Positions 26,150-35,003 of a stretch of DNA of 55,043 nucleotides are shown one piece after another; position 1 is the first letter of the stretch; each line of letters begins with the position of its first letter. The stretch comes from Nitrospiria bacterium (lineage in GTDB: Bacteria > Nitrospirota > Nitrospiria > JACQBW01). The translations under genes were made by a program, and so were the position numbers. The stretch lies in NCBI GenBank assembly GCA_041486115.1, contig JBGPKT010000002.1:1-55043 (forward strand). Reading direction: 5' to 3'. The notes under the pieces are model-generated. The model saw nothing but the letters and a program-made list of their open reading frames with translations. It was not told the DNA's origin and did no database searches.

Positions 26150-26293
26150 CCGTCGATAACGGCTCATCTGCGGCGTTCTCGCCTCTCAGCCTCCTTCAAC
26201 GTACTTACATTGTACGCCTCAGTCGTCTTCGCGGCTGCGGCCTTGCAGTTGAGTCCTTCTCAACGGGTAGGCAAACTGTTAATCAGGGCTTAA

Positions 26294-29236
26294 CTAAAAA
26301 CTATTCCCCGTCATAAAATAGAATTGGGTGATTCCCTGGGCGTCAAGCCCCCTTCCCGCTCCAAGCCGGAGTCTAAGGGGAAGGAAGTAGGAGAAGGTCA
26401 TATCCATTTTTATTTCGGCTCCAAACCCTCTTCGGAAATCCGGTAAGGCGGTTTCCTGATCCCAGGCATTTCCCATATCGAAAAAGAGAGTTCCATGCGT
26501 TCTTTTTAAGAAGAAAGGCCATGAACGGTATCCATGTTCGATATTATAAATAGGGAATCGGTACTCTATGGATCCTATCGCCGCTTTATTTCCCCGAAAT
26601 TGCCTGATGGGATATCCTCTAAGAAAAAAATCGATTTGATCCGGTTTGATTATTTCTTCAGTAAAATCAGGTCCTCCCACCTGAAAAGCCCTTTGCGTCA
26701 ATGAATCTCCGGTTGAGATCGCGGCTGTCAGCCGGGTGGCAAGTATATGGTGAGAAAAGAAAAAATTGAAATATTCATGCCATCCTGCGATATATCGGTT
26801 TTGATTGAAATCACTACCCAGTAAATGAGTCAACCAGTCATAGTACACTTGAATATGCCGTCCTTGTTCCGGGCTGATTGAAAAACCAAACTCTTTTGAG
26901 GTATTGAGGTTCCATGAAAAATGCAAACCGTTTGCGGTGCCTGTTTCCGGAGGAGAGACGCTCTGCGGAATAATTGAAAGAGCGGAAAAAGATTCGGTAA
27001 AAAAACCTCCTGTTAATCGATTGGAGCTTCTAAAAAAGGTCCAGGAATAGGACATATCCATTTCACCCCGGACATTTTTTTCCCAGTAATCCAATGCATG
27101 ACCCTGCACATCCGTTAACAGATCAGGATAAACTATGGGTAAATAGGTCAATCCGGCGTGAAGCGTGGGATAAAATGAATCATTTTCATATTGAAATGAG
27201 GCAGAAGGGTGATGTGAAGAGAGGCCATAAAGCGCGGAAATGTCATAACGATGCCGTCCCAAAATGTCGGTTCCGGCGGTGAATCCCCCTATTTGGAGAC
27301 CCGATTCATCGCCGCCGGCAAGCGGAATCCAAAACCGGGGCAAGAGGGTGGGCCAGGGAGAATAAGGTTCCGAAGGAGTTCCCATGAGAGGTTTTGAGGA
27401 TTCAGTTTTTAAAGTTTCATCGGAAACTCTTGTTTTAATTTTTGGTCCGGTGTCTTTTGTCCATTTCATTTTATAAAGGTCAAACCCATGGCTATGATAA
27501 GCCGAAAAGATGATTTCATCGCCATTTTGTGAAACCTCGGGAGTAAATCCTCCTCCCAATAGATTGGTTATCTGGGATAACTCCCGGGAGTCGGTATGGT
27601 ATGAAAAAATGTTATAGATACCTGTCCTATCGCTGGAAAAAAGGATTTCTTTGCCGTCCGGAGACCATGTGGGAGTGAGATACATGAAATGGTCTTGAAC
27701 TAATGGAATGGCTTCTTTCAGGCCCATATCCAGAAGGACCAGTCCGTTCAGACCGTTTTTCCATCCTGAGACAACAAGGGATTGACCATCCGGAGACCAT
27801 CGGGGATGACTGTAAATCATTTTTGGATCCGCCCAGTCCATGGGTTCCAACAGGCCCGAATCAAGATCATAGAGGATCATTCTATTCTCGCCGGTCAGGT
27901 TTTCAACAGCGACCAGACGCTTACCGTTCGGACTAAAATCCGGATCCCTGAGCCTTTTGCCAAAAGTTAAGCGTTTTAGACTCCTTTTTGGAAAGTCGTA
28001 GAGATATAAATCGCTAAATTCAGAATAATTTTTGAACATTTCCAATTGAGCAAAGACCAGTGTTTTCCCATCCCTGGACCAGGAGGATGTGAACCCCAAA
28101 TTTCTGGGAATTAATTCGCGATCAATGCCCGATTGGAAATTGATCAGACGTAAAGAGGGATATTCATCTTTATTAATGGATGTATAAACCAGGGAAGTTC
28201 CATCCGGGCTGATCCTGGGTCCCAGAGTGTAATCGCCCCTTTGCGTGATGGGAACCATTTTTGTGATTCCAATGGATTCAATAGAATCTTTCTTTTGATT
28301 AAATTTTATTGAGAGTTCTTCTTTCCACTGGTCCCAAAGGGAGGTATAAGATTGTCCAAGAACAGACCTTGCGGTTGAATCGACAAAGAAAGGGACCACT
28401 TTTTGGCTGTATTTCTGGCTTAAATCAATTAAAACCTGTTCTCCAAATCTTTTTGCAAGGTAATGATAAAATCCGGCTCCAAACAGATACTGGGTCTGAT
28501 TCCCTGGCCAGCTCTCTTTCCCTCCGGCTTGATCTATCGTCGGAAAGTTATTTTCAAGAACCGCCATTCTGAAGAGCATTTCAGAATAAGCATTTTCCCG
28601 GCGGTCGCTGACTCCAAGAGCGCTCTCTTCATACGTCGCCAATCCTTCGATCAACCAATCGGGTTGAATCAAATTCGGGAATCCTCCATTGAAAACCAGA
28701 ACAGGAAAAGGCTCCCGGCCAAAAATTTGTCGGATAGTCGCCGAAACCCCTCCGTTCATGTCAAGATGGACGATATGGGTATATTCATGGGCGATGACCT
28801 CTTTCAACCAATTATCGTACCCAACTAAAAAGGGAACAGGACTGGCGGTTGGGGGGGTCAGAGAAACGTAAATGGCATTATGGGGAAAGGGGAGGGTTGC
28901 CCCATAGGGGCTGTCAATGATGTCCAATAGAACCAGATGGGTTTTTTCAGCAGGGGGGGGCCATTTCAGCTTTTCAACAAGGAGTGAATGGATTTCTTCG
29001 GCCATGATGGCCGCCTTTCGGGCATGAATCTCCTCTTTTTCATGAAAATAGACAAGGAAATGATCGGTTTTTATTATGTTCCAGGAGAGGGAGGGATCCA
29101 GTTTTGGCCCCCCTCTGAAACTGATGGAACAACCACAGGTGAGAAGAGTGAGAAATAATATCAATCCCCTGTAAAAATTTTGTTTACGTATAAGAAGGTT
29201 CAAATTAGAGTTTCTTGAAAACTTTTCTGACCGCAT
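26294..29236 (-). CDS. Fusion protein: HExxH metallopeptidase-like domain + TolB-like (PD40) beta-propeller + Omp85/surface-antigen-type beta-barrel
   Basis: The N-terminal signal contains LILFLTLLTCGC. The zinc motif VIAHEYTHIV is at nt 28775-28789. There are at least six PD40-type blades (ISPDGTSLVY, WSRDGKTLVF, FSPNGKRLVA, WSPDGQSLVV, WSPDGKEILF, VSQNGDEIIF). The C-terminal barrel has GGPDF..FLRGY..GNKAAIGSIEYRFPI...LFFDMGNAW...GAEIKMD and ends ...FMTGNSF. The start is uncertain (ATG 29236 overlaps the hemL 3' end; TTG 29203 lies just after the hemL stop). Confidence 0.75.
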   Translation of the reverse strand: MRSEKFSRNSNLNLLIRKQNFYRGLILFLTLLTCGCSISFRGGPKLDPSLSWNIIKTDHFLVYFHEKEEIHARKAAIMAEEIHSLLVEKLKWPPPAEKTHLVLLDIIDSPYGATLPFPHNAIYVSLTPPTASPVPFLVGYDNWLKEVIAHEYTHIVHLDMNGGVSATIRQIFGREPFPVLVFNGGFPNLIQPDWLIEGLATYEESALGVSDRRENAYSEMLFRMAVLENNFPTIDQAGGKESWPGNQTQYLFGAGFYHYLAKRFGEQVLIDLSQKYSQKVVPFFVDSTARSVLGQSYTSLWDQWKEELSIKFNQKKDSIESIGITKMVPITQRGDYTLGPRISPDGTSLVYTSINKDEYPSLRLINFQSGIDRELIPRNLGFTSSWSRDGKTLVFAQLEMFKNYSEFSDLYLYDFPKRSLKRLTFGKRLRDPDFSPNGKRLVAVENLTGENRMILYDLDSGLLEPMDWADPKMIYSHPRWSPDGQSLVVSGWKNGLNGLVLLDMGLKEAIPLVQDHFMYLTPTWSPDGKEILFSSDRTGIYNIFSYHTDSRELSQITNLLGGGFTPEVSQNGDEIIFSAYHSHGFDLYKMKWTKDTGPKIKTRVSDETLKTESSKPLMGTPSEPYSPWPTLLPRFWIPLAGGDESGLQIGGFTAGTDILGRHRYDISALYGLSSHHPSASFQYENDSFYPTLHAGLTYLPIVYPDLLTDVQGHALDYWEKNVRGEMDMSYSWTFFRSSNRLTGGFFTESFSALSIIPQSVSPPETGTANGLHFSWNLNTSKEFGFSISPEQGRHIQVYYDWLTHLLGSDFNQNRYIAGWHEYFNFFFSHHILATRLTAAISTGDSLTQRAFQVGGPDFTEEIIKPDQIDFFLRGYPIRQFRGNKAAIGSIEYRFPIYNIEHGYRSWPFFLKRTHGTLFFDMGNAWDQETALPDFRRGFGAEIKMDMTFSYFLPLRLRLGAGRGLDAQGITQFYFMTGNSF

Positions 29237-30482
29237 GAATTGTCTTTTCCAGATCCTTTTCCGTGTGGGAGGTGGAGAGAAAAGCGGTTTCAAACTGGGA
29301 AGGAGGAAGATAAACCCCTTCTTTGAGCATCAGGTTGAAAAACTTTCCATATTTCCGGGTGTCGGAGGTTTTTGCCGATGGATAATCGATGACGCTGTTT
29401 GAAGTGAAAAAAGGGGTAAACATTGAACCGATCTGGTTGACAGAGAGGAGAGTCTTCTCTTTTTTTCCCGTTTTTCGTATCTCCTCCGCGAGAAAGGCGG
29501 TTTTTTCGCTCAGGTTTTGATAAGGGTTTTTCTTTTTCAGAAGTTGTAGGGCGGCGATTCCGGCAGTCATGGCCAGAGGGTTCCCCGATAGCGTCCCGGC
29601 CTGGTAAACGGGGCCGGAAGGGGAAATCCGCGACATGATTTTTCTTTTTCCGCCATAGGCGCCAACCGGCAATCCCCCTCCGATTATTTTTCCGAGGCAG
29701 GTTAAGTCGGGAGCGACGCCGTAATATTGCTGAGCGCCGCCGTAAGAGAGCCTGAATCCGGTAATTACTTCGTCAAAGATCAGGACCATATCGTAAAGAT
29801 CGCAAATTTCCCTTAATCCCTCCAGAAAACCTCTAAAGGGGGGAACCAGACCCATATTCCCGGCCACCGGCTCTACGATGATTGCCGCGAGCTGGGAGCC
29901 GATTTTTTTGGCGGACCTCCGGACGGCTTCCAGATCGTTGTAGGGAACGGTGATGGTATGTTTGGCAAAATCCTTTGGAATGCCGGCGCTGTCGGGAATG
30001 CCTAAGGTGGCCAGGCCAGAACCGGCTTTTACCAGGAGGCTGTCGGAATGGCCATGATAGCATCCTTCAAATTTTAAAATTTTGTCCCGTCCGGTATATC
30101 CCCTGGCGAGGCGGAGGGCGCTCATGGCGGCTTCTGTCCCTGAGCTGACCATTCTGACCATTTCAATCGAGGGAAAGGCTTCATGCACCCTTTCCGCCAT
30201 CGTGACCTCAAGGGGGGTGGAGGCGCCGAAACTGGTTCCGCTCTTCAGGGCGGTTTCTATTTTTTGTGAAATGAGAGGATGGGCATGGCCTAAAATCATC
30301 GGCCCCCAGGAGAGGACAAAATCGATATAGGCGTTGTTATCGACGTCTGTAATCATCGCCCCTCTTGCTTTTTTGATGAAAAGGGGATTTCCTCCGACTG
30401 CTTTAAATGCTCGGACGGGGCTGTTGACGCCCCCCGGGATCAGGGTCTTTGCCCTCCTAAACAGAATGTCCGACTGGCTCAT
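29205..30482 (-). CDS. hemL: Glutamate-1-semialdehyde 2,1-aminomutase
   Basis: MSQSDILFRRAKTLIPGGVNSPVRAF...DEVITGFR...LGKIIGGGLPVGAYGG are the classic HemL signatures. ATG 30482 is preceded by GGAG. Confidence 0.95.
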   Translation of the reverse strand: MSQSDILFRRAKTLIPGGVNSPVRAFKAVGGNPLFIKKARGAMITDVDNNAYIDFVLSWGPMILGHAHPLISQKIETALKSGTSFGASTPLEVTMAERVHEAFPSIEMVRMVSSGTEAAMSALRLARGYTGRDKILKFEGCYHGHSDSLLVKAGSGLATLGIPDSAGIPKDFAKHTITVPYNDLEAVRRSAKKIGSQLAAIIVEPVAGNMGLVPPFRGFLEGLREICDLYDMVLIFDEVITGFRLSYGGAQQYYGVAPDLTCLGKIIGGGLPVGAYGGKRKIMSRISPSGPVYQAGTLSGNPLAMTAGIAALQLLKKKNPYQNLSEKTAFLAEEIRKTGKKEKTLLSVNQIGSMFTPFFTSNSVIDYPSAKTSDTRKYGKFFNLMLKEGVYLPPSQFETAFLSTSHTEKDLEKTIHAVRKVFKKL

Positions 30483-30550
30483 GGGTTTCTCCAAAATTAA
30501 GAAAAGCCATTCTACTGACTGTGGGGATTCTAATTCAAGGTAAAAAAGTA

Positions 30551-30579
30551 TTGAAACAAAAAAAACATTCCCTTATAGT
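30551..30579 (+). promoter_or_regulatory. Sigma70-type promoter candidate for the pseudo-Rieske/HAD/M16 gene run
   Basis: TTGAAA-N17-TATAGT, about 30 nt upstream of ATG 30609, in the divergent region shared with hemL. Confidence 0.45.
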
Positions 30580-30608
30580 AAAAAAATTAAAATGCTGGAA
30601 CTGATTTC

Positions 30609-31169
30609 ATGCAAGGACAAGAGGAAAATCCCGATGTTCCGAAAGGCTTTTCTTCTTTAATTACCGGAACGGTTATTCCGCTCGTTTTATTTTTGGCTTT
30701 TCTCTGGGTTGCCGCAAAGTTTTTGATCCCGACGGTTGATTATAAAGAAACCACAGAAGTCAAAACCGCTCCCCTTGCTTCTTTTCGCGAAGGAGTCCAT
30801 TCCGATTGGCGCAAAGAGGATCATTTTTTTATCGTTAAAGAAGGCCATGTTTTATTTGCGCTCAGCGCAACAGATAAATATGCCGAAAAAATAATCCATC
30901 AGACAGCTCTGCTCAACTGGATTCCCGACCGGAACCAGTTTGTTGAGCCATCCTGGGGAAGTTTCTATGACCGGCATGGGAATCCGGCGGGAGGCCCCGC
31001 CACCCTGGCACTAGACCGACTGGCCCTCCGCCTCAATGAGATGGGAGAGGTGATTGTAGATCCCGGAAATGTCCAGAATATGGATGGCGAAGTCCGGCGC
31101 GTGAAGGATCAATACCGGGTGGAAGAAAGCCTCCGCGAAGTGGAGCCTTTTTTTCTCAAAACCCCTTGA
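30609..31169 (+). CDS. Membrane-anchored Rieske-fold protein lacking most [2Fe-2S] ligands (pseudo-Rieske)
   Basis: One N-terminal TM (LITGTVIPLVLFLAFLWVAAKFLI). The soluble domain aligns by eye to the Rieske boxes. Box II CPCHGSxYDxxGxxxxGPA appears as EPSWGSFYDRHGNPAGGPA, and box I CTHLGC appears as IIHQTA. Confidence 0.6.
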   Translation: MQGQEENPDVPKGFSSLITGTVIPLVLFLAFLWVAAKFLIPTVDYKETTEVKTAPLASFREGVHSDWRKEDHFFIVKEGHVLFALSATDKYAEKIIHQTALLNWIPDRNQFVEPSWGSFYDRHGNPAGGPATLALDRLALRLNEMGEVIVDPGNVQNMDGEVRRVKDQYRVEESLREVEPFFLKTP

Positions 31170-31190
31170 GAAAGAGATAGAGGAAAGCAT

Positions 31191-31835
31191 TTGGAAGAAT
31201 TTGATTTATTGGTTTTTGATCTCGACGGGACGCTTCTCGATACAAAAGGGGACCTGGCGATATCGGTCAATTTATGCCTGAAAGAGCTTGGTTTTCCGTT
31301 AAGAGACCCCGAGACCATTTATGCCTATATCGGAGACGGCGTCCGTAAACTCCTCGGTAAAGCGATCGGAATGGAGTCGGGGCCCGATTTTGAAAATGCC
31401 ATTTCTATTTTCCGAAAACATTATATGGAACACCTCCTCGATTCCACCCGGTTTTATCCCGGGGTCGAGGAAGTCTTGAAACATTTCAATCAGAAACTCC
31501 GGGCGGTGGCCACCAATAAACCGGCCGATTACACTTCGAAGATCATGACCGGCCTGAACATCAGGGATTATTTTTCTCTGATCGTGGGGAGCGTCCCTGG
31601 AATGAAACTCAAACCGGACCCTCAAATGCTTATCGAGGTGATCGAAGAACTCGATGTCCTTCCGCATAGGACGCTGATGATCGGAGACGGGGTGAACGAT
31701 ATTCTGGCAGCCAGGAGCGCCGGAGCGAAATCATGCGCCGTGGGGTATGGATTGACAGGTCCTGACCGATTAAAGGAAGCCTCTCCCGATTACTTCTGCG
31801 ACGACATTTTAAGTTTAATTCAAATGATTAAATAA
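31191..31835 (+). CDS. HAD-superfamily hydrolase (phosphoglycolate phosphatase-like)
   Basis: Motif I FDLDGTLLDT, motif II VATNKP, motif III/IV KPDP...GDGVNDILAARSAG. TTG start. Confidence 0.82.
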   Translation: MEEFDLLVFDLDGTLLDTKGDLAISVNLCLKELGFPLRDPETIYAYIGDGVRKLLGKAIGMESGPDFENAISIFRKHYMEHLLDSTRFYPGVEEVLKHFNQKLRAVATNKPADYTSKIMTGLNIRDYFSLIVGSVPGMKLKPDPQMLIEVIEELDVLPHRTLMIGDGVNDILAARSAGAKSCAVGYGLTGPDRLKEASPDYFCDDILSLIQMIK

Positions 31836-31842
31836 GGGGATT

Positions 31843-33369
31843 ATGGCTATTAGACGATTGATTGTTTTATCTGTATTTCTGGTTTTATTAACAGCCGGGG
31901 CGGAGAGCCGGGGAGAGGATCTCTCCAGCCGCGTTATCAAACATCAGTTTAAAAACGGGTTAACGCTTCTGATGGTAGAAAGGTATACCTCCCCGACGAT
32001 TTCCTTCAACATTACGTATAAAGCCGGGTCGGTCAACGAGCAGACCGGAATAACGGGAATCGCACATCTTTATGAACATATGGCCTTTAAGGGGACCAAA
32101 ACGATCGGCACCAAAAACTATGAACTCGAAAAACCCCTGTTGGATGAAATGGAAAAGGTCTTCATAAAGATAAAAGCGGAGCGGGCGCTGGGGGGTAAAG
32201 GCGATCCGGCGAAAATGAAAAAACTTGAAGAAAAGCTGGGAGCGCTCGAACAAAAAGAAGAAGCTTTTGTGGTTCCGAACGAAATCGGAGAAATCTATCA
32301 GCGAAACGGAGCGGTGGGGTTCAACGCGTCGACTGGCAAAGACCTCACCCAATATGTGGTGAGCCTTCCTTCGAACCGGCTTCCCCTCTGGATCGCTCTC
32401 GAAAGCGATCGGATGACCCATCCCGTGCTGAGGGAATTTTATAAGGAAAAACAGGTGGTACTTGAGGAGAGGCGCCTCCGTATTGAGAACTTGCCGGCGG
32501 GAAAGCTTTACGAAGCCCTTCTTCGGACCGCTTTCTGGATGCATCCTTATGGGTTGCCCGGAATCGGGTGGACTCAGGATGTTCAGTCCTTGACCCGGAC
32601 TCAAACCGAGGCCTTTTTTAAAACCTATTACGGAATCAACAATATCGTCATAGTGATCGTCGGCGATATTCATCCCGATCAGTTGGTCCAGGAAATGGAA
32701 AAAAGTTTCGGAAAGATCCCCTCCACGCCTCTTCCTCCGCCGGTTTCTTTCATTGAACCTCCCCAGGATGGAGAGCGGAGGGTTCATATTGAATATGATG
32801 CCAACCCGATGATTTATATCGCCTATCATCGCCCGGCCATCCGTAGCCCCGACAGCCTGATCTTTGACATGATCGACTCGCTTCTTTCGGACGGAAGGAC
32901 TTCCCGGCTATATAAAAACCTGGTGACGGAGAAACAGATTGCGCAGACGGTTTCTACCGAGTCGGATACGCCGGGCTCCCGGTACCCGAATCTCTTCCTG
33001 ATTTCCGGCGCTCCCCGGGCGCCTCATACGCTGGGCGAGCTGGAAAATGGAATCGATGAAGAGATCAACCGTTTAAAGAAAGAGCCTGTGCCGGCCCATG
33101 AATTTCAAAAATTGTTGAATCAGTTTGACGGGTCGCTGATCCGTTCGCTTCAGTCGAACAGCGGTCTGGCGGGACAGCTCGCTTATTACGAAGCGATCAC
33201 GGGCGATTGGAAATACCTGCTGGAATTCCGCGAAAAAATGGAAAAAATAAAACCTGAAGATATCATGCGGGTGGCGGAAAAGTATTTTATCGACAAGAAC
33301 AAAATTGTGGCCGATTTAAGCAGGCCCGAACCATCTGGAAAGGGAGCAAAGTCAAATGAAACGCCTTAA
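31843..33369 (+). CDS. M16 family zinc peptidase (catalytic subunit-like, HxxEH present)
   Basis: Signal peptide present. The inverted zinc motif HLYEH is at nt 32065-32079 (GIAHLYEHMAFKGT) and a downstream Glu region is present. Confidence 0.88.
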   Translation: MAIRRLIVLSVFLVLLTAGAESRGEDLSSRVIKHQFKNGLTLLMVERYTSPTISFNITYKAGSVNEQTGITGIAHLYEHMAFKGTKTIGTKNYELEKPLLDEMEKVFIKIKAERALGGKGDPAKMKKLEEKLGALEQKEEAFVVPNEIGEIYQRNGAVGFNASTGKDLTQYVVSLPSNRLPLWIALESDRMTHPVLREFYKEKQVVLEERRLRIENLPAGKLYEALLRTAFWMHPYGLPGIGWTQDVQSLTRTQTEAFFKTYYGINNIVIVIVGDIHPDQLVQEMEKSFGKIPSTPLPPPVSFIEPPQDGERRVHIEYDANPMIYIAYHRPAIRSPDSLIFDMIDSLLSDGRTSRLYKNLVTEKQIAQTVSTESDTPGSRYPNLFLISGAPRAPHTLGELENGIDEEINRLKKEPVPAHEFQKLLNQFDGSLIRSLQSNSGLAGQLAYYEAITGDWKYLLEFREKMEKIKPEDIMRVAEKYFIDKNKIVADLSRPEPSGKGAKSNETP

Positions 33370-34792
33370 TGTTTACCGGAAAATTGTGGTTCCGGCATTT
33401 GTTGTTTTATTCCTCTGTTCGCTTTCATTGAATGCTCAAGCGATTGCCCCCTCATTAAAGTTTGCGCCGCTCGATTTTCATCCTCCCAAAGGGAAAAGGT
33501 CGGTCCTCCCGAACGGGATGATTCTCTATCTTCTTGAAGACCATGAACTTCCCATTGTTAATATATCGGCGACGGTTCAGACCGGGAGTCTCTATGAGCC
33601 GGAGGATAAAATCGGACTGGCGAGTCTGACCGGGACCCTGATGAGAACCGGCGGGGCGGCGAACCGGACCGGGGATGAAGTGGATGAACTTCTCGAATAT
33701 CTTTCGGCAAGCCTGTCGGCGGGGATCGGGGGAGATTCCGGGTACGCGGGAGTGAATGTCTTGACAAAAGACCTTGATCAGGGGCTCGACCTCTTTGCCG
33801 ATATTCTGATGAGGCCCCGGTTCTCGGAGGATAAGCTCGAACAGTTGAGAAATCAGGCGATTGAAGGAATCCGGAGAAGAAATGATAATCCCTCTTCCAT
33901 TGCGGGGAGGGAATTTTCTAAACTGCTTTATGGGGCCGATACCCCCTTTGGCCGCGAGGAGACTCTGAAGACCATTTCAAAAATCACGCGGCAGGATTGC
34001 GTCGAATTTTATTCCCGCTATTTTCACCCTGACTCGATAATTCTGGGGATTACAGGCGATTTTAAATCAGAAGAGATGATTCAGAAAATAATCAATAAAT
34101 TCAATGGATGGGAAAAACGTAAAGAGGGGGTTCCCACCCTCAAGCCGATTCCTGTGGCATATAATCCTTCCGTCCATCTGGTTGAAAAAGAGGTGACCCA
34201 ATCTTATATCCGTATGGGCCATCTCGGCATTAAACAGAATAACCCCGATTATTTTGCTTTATCCGTGATGAACGATATCCTGGGAGGTCAGTCGTTTTCA
34301 AGCCGGTTATTTCAGGAGGTGAGGACTCACAAAGGGCTCGCCTATTCCGTGGGTTCGGTCTTCTCCCCCGGGAATATCGAGGTGGGGTCATTTTTTGCCT
34401 ATAGCCAGACTATGTCGAAAAATACGGGAAAGGCCATTACTGAAATGATGAAGAACATCAAAATGATTCAGGATGAGCCGGTACGGGAAGAGGAATTGCA
34501 AACGGCCAAAGACGCGTTTTTAAATTCGTTTATTTTTTCATTTGCCACGCCGGCACAGATTGTCTCCAGACAGATTTCTCTGGAGTATCATCACTTGCCC
34601 GAAGATTTCATGGAGCAATTCAGGGATCATGTCGCCCGGGTAACCCGGGAAGATATTTTAAGAGTGGCAAAGAAATACCTTCATCCCGAAGGGATGACCC
34701 TGCTGGTCGTCGGGGACTCTTCTGCTTTTGACCAGCCGCTCTCTGTTTTCGGTCCGGTCCATTCGATCTCCCTTTCCGACGATTCCCCATAA
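33356..34792 (+). CDS. M16 family peptidase-like protein (non-catalytic partner; no HxxEH)
   Basis: Signal peptide and M16 fold (GLASLTGTLMRTGG at the position of the zinc motif, ...GGQSFSSRLFQEVRTHKGLAYSV). It overlaps the upstream M16 gene by 14 nt. Confidence 0.85.
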   Translation: MKRLNVYRKIVVPAFVVLFLCSLSLNAQAIAPSLKFAPLDFHPPKGKRSVLPNGMILYLLEDHELPIVNISATVQTGSLYEPEDKIGLASLTGTLMRTGGAANRTGDEVDELLEYLSASLSAGIGGDSGYAGVNVLTKDLDQGLDLFADILMRPRFSEDKLEQLRNQAIEGIRRRNDNPSSIAGREFSKLLYGADTPFGREETLKTISKITRQDCVEFYSRYFHPDSIILGITGDFKSEEMIQKIINKFNGWEKRKEGVPTLKPIPVAYNPSVHLVEKEVTQSYIRMGHLGIKQNNPDYFALSVMNDILGGQSFSSRLFQEVRTHKGLAYSVGSVFSPGNIEVGSFFAYSQTMSKNTGKAITEMMKNIKMIQDEPVREEELQTAKDAFLNSFIFSFATPAQIVSRQISLEYHHLPEDFMEQFRDHVARVTREDILRVAKKYLHPEGMTLLVVGDSSAFDQPLSVFGPVHSISLSDDSP

Positions 34793-34844
34793 GCGTTTTG
34801 GGAAATGCGGTACGGGGCAGGGCTTCGGGGTAGGGGGATTGCCC

Positions 34845-34883
34845 GATCCGGTCTTTGGATCGACCGATCCACAGGTCGGAGGA
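34845..34883 (+). repeat. REP-like palindromic repeat, locus 2
   Basis: GATCCGGTCTTTGGATCGACCGATCCACAGGTCGGAGG, containing the palindrome GGATCG-AC-CGATCC. It lies in the 211-nt convergent intergenic region between the M16 partner gene and the C26 amidotransferase gene. The flanks share GGGCAGGG/CCCTGCCC motifs with locus 1. Confidence 0.7.
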
Positions 34884-35003
34884 GACTTCGGCGAAGTTTG
34901 CCACCCCCCCAAAAATAAAAAAATATAGAGATTGAGAATAAACTTTGGCGGCGTCGGAAAGAGGGTTGTCCCCCTGCCCTGAAGGCACGCAGTTTTTAGT
35001 GTT

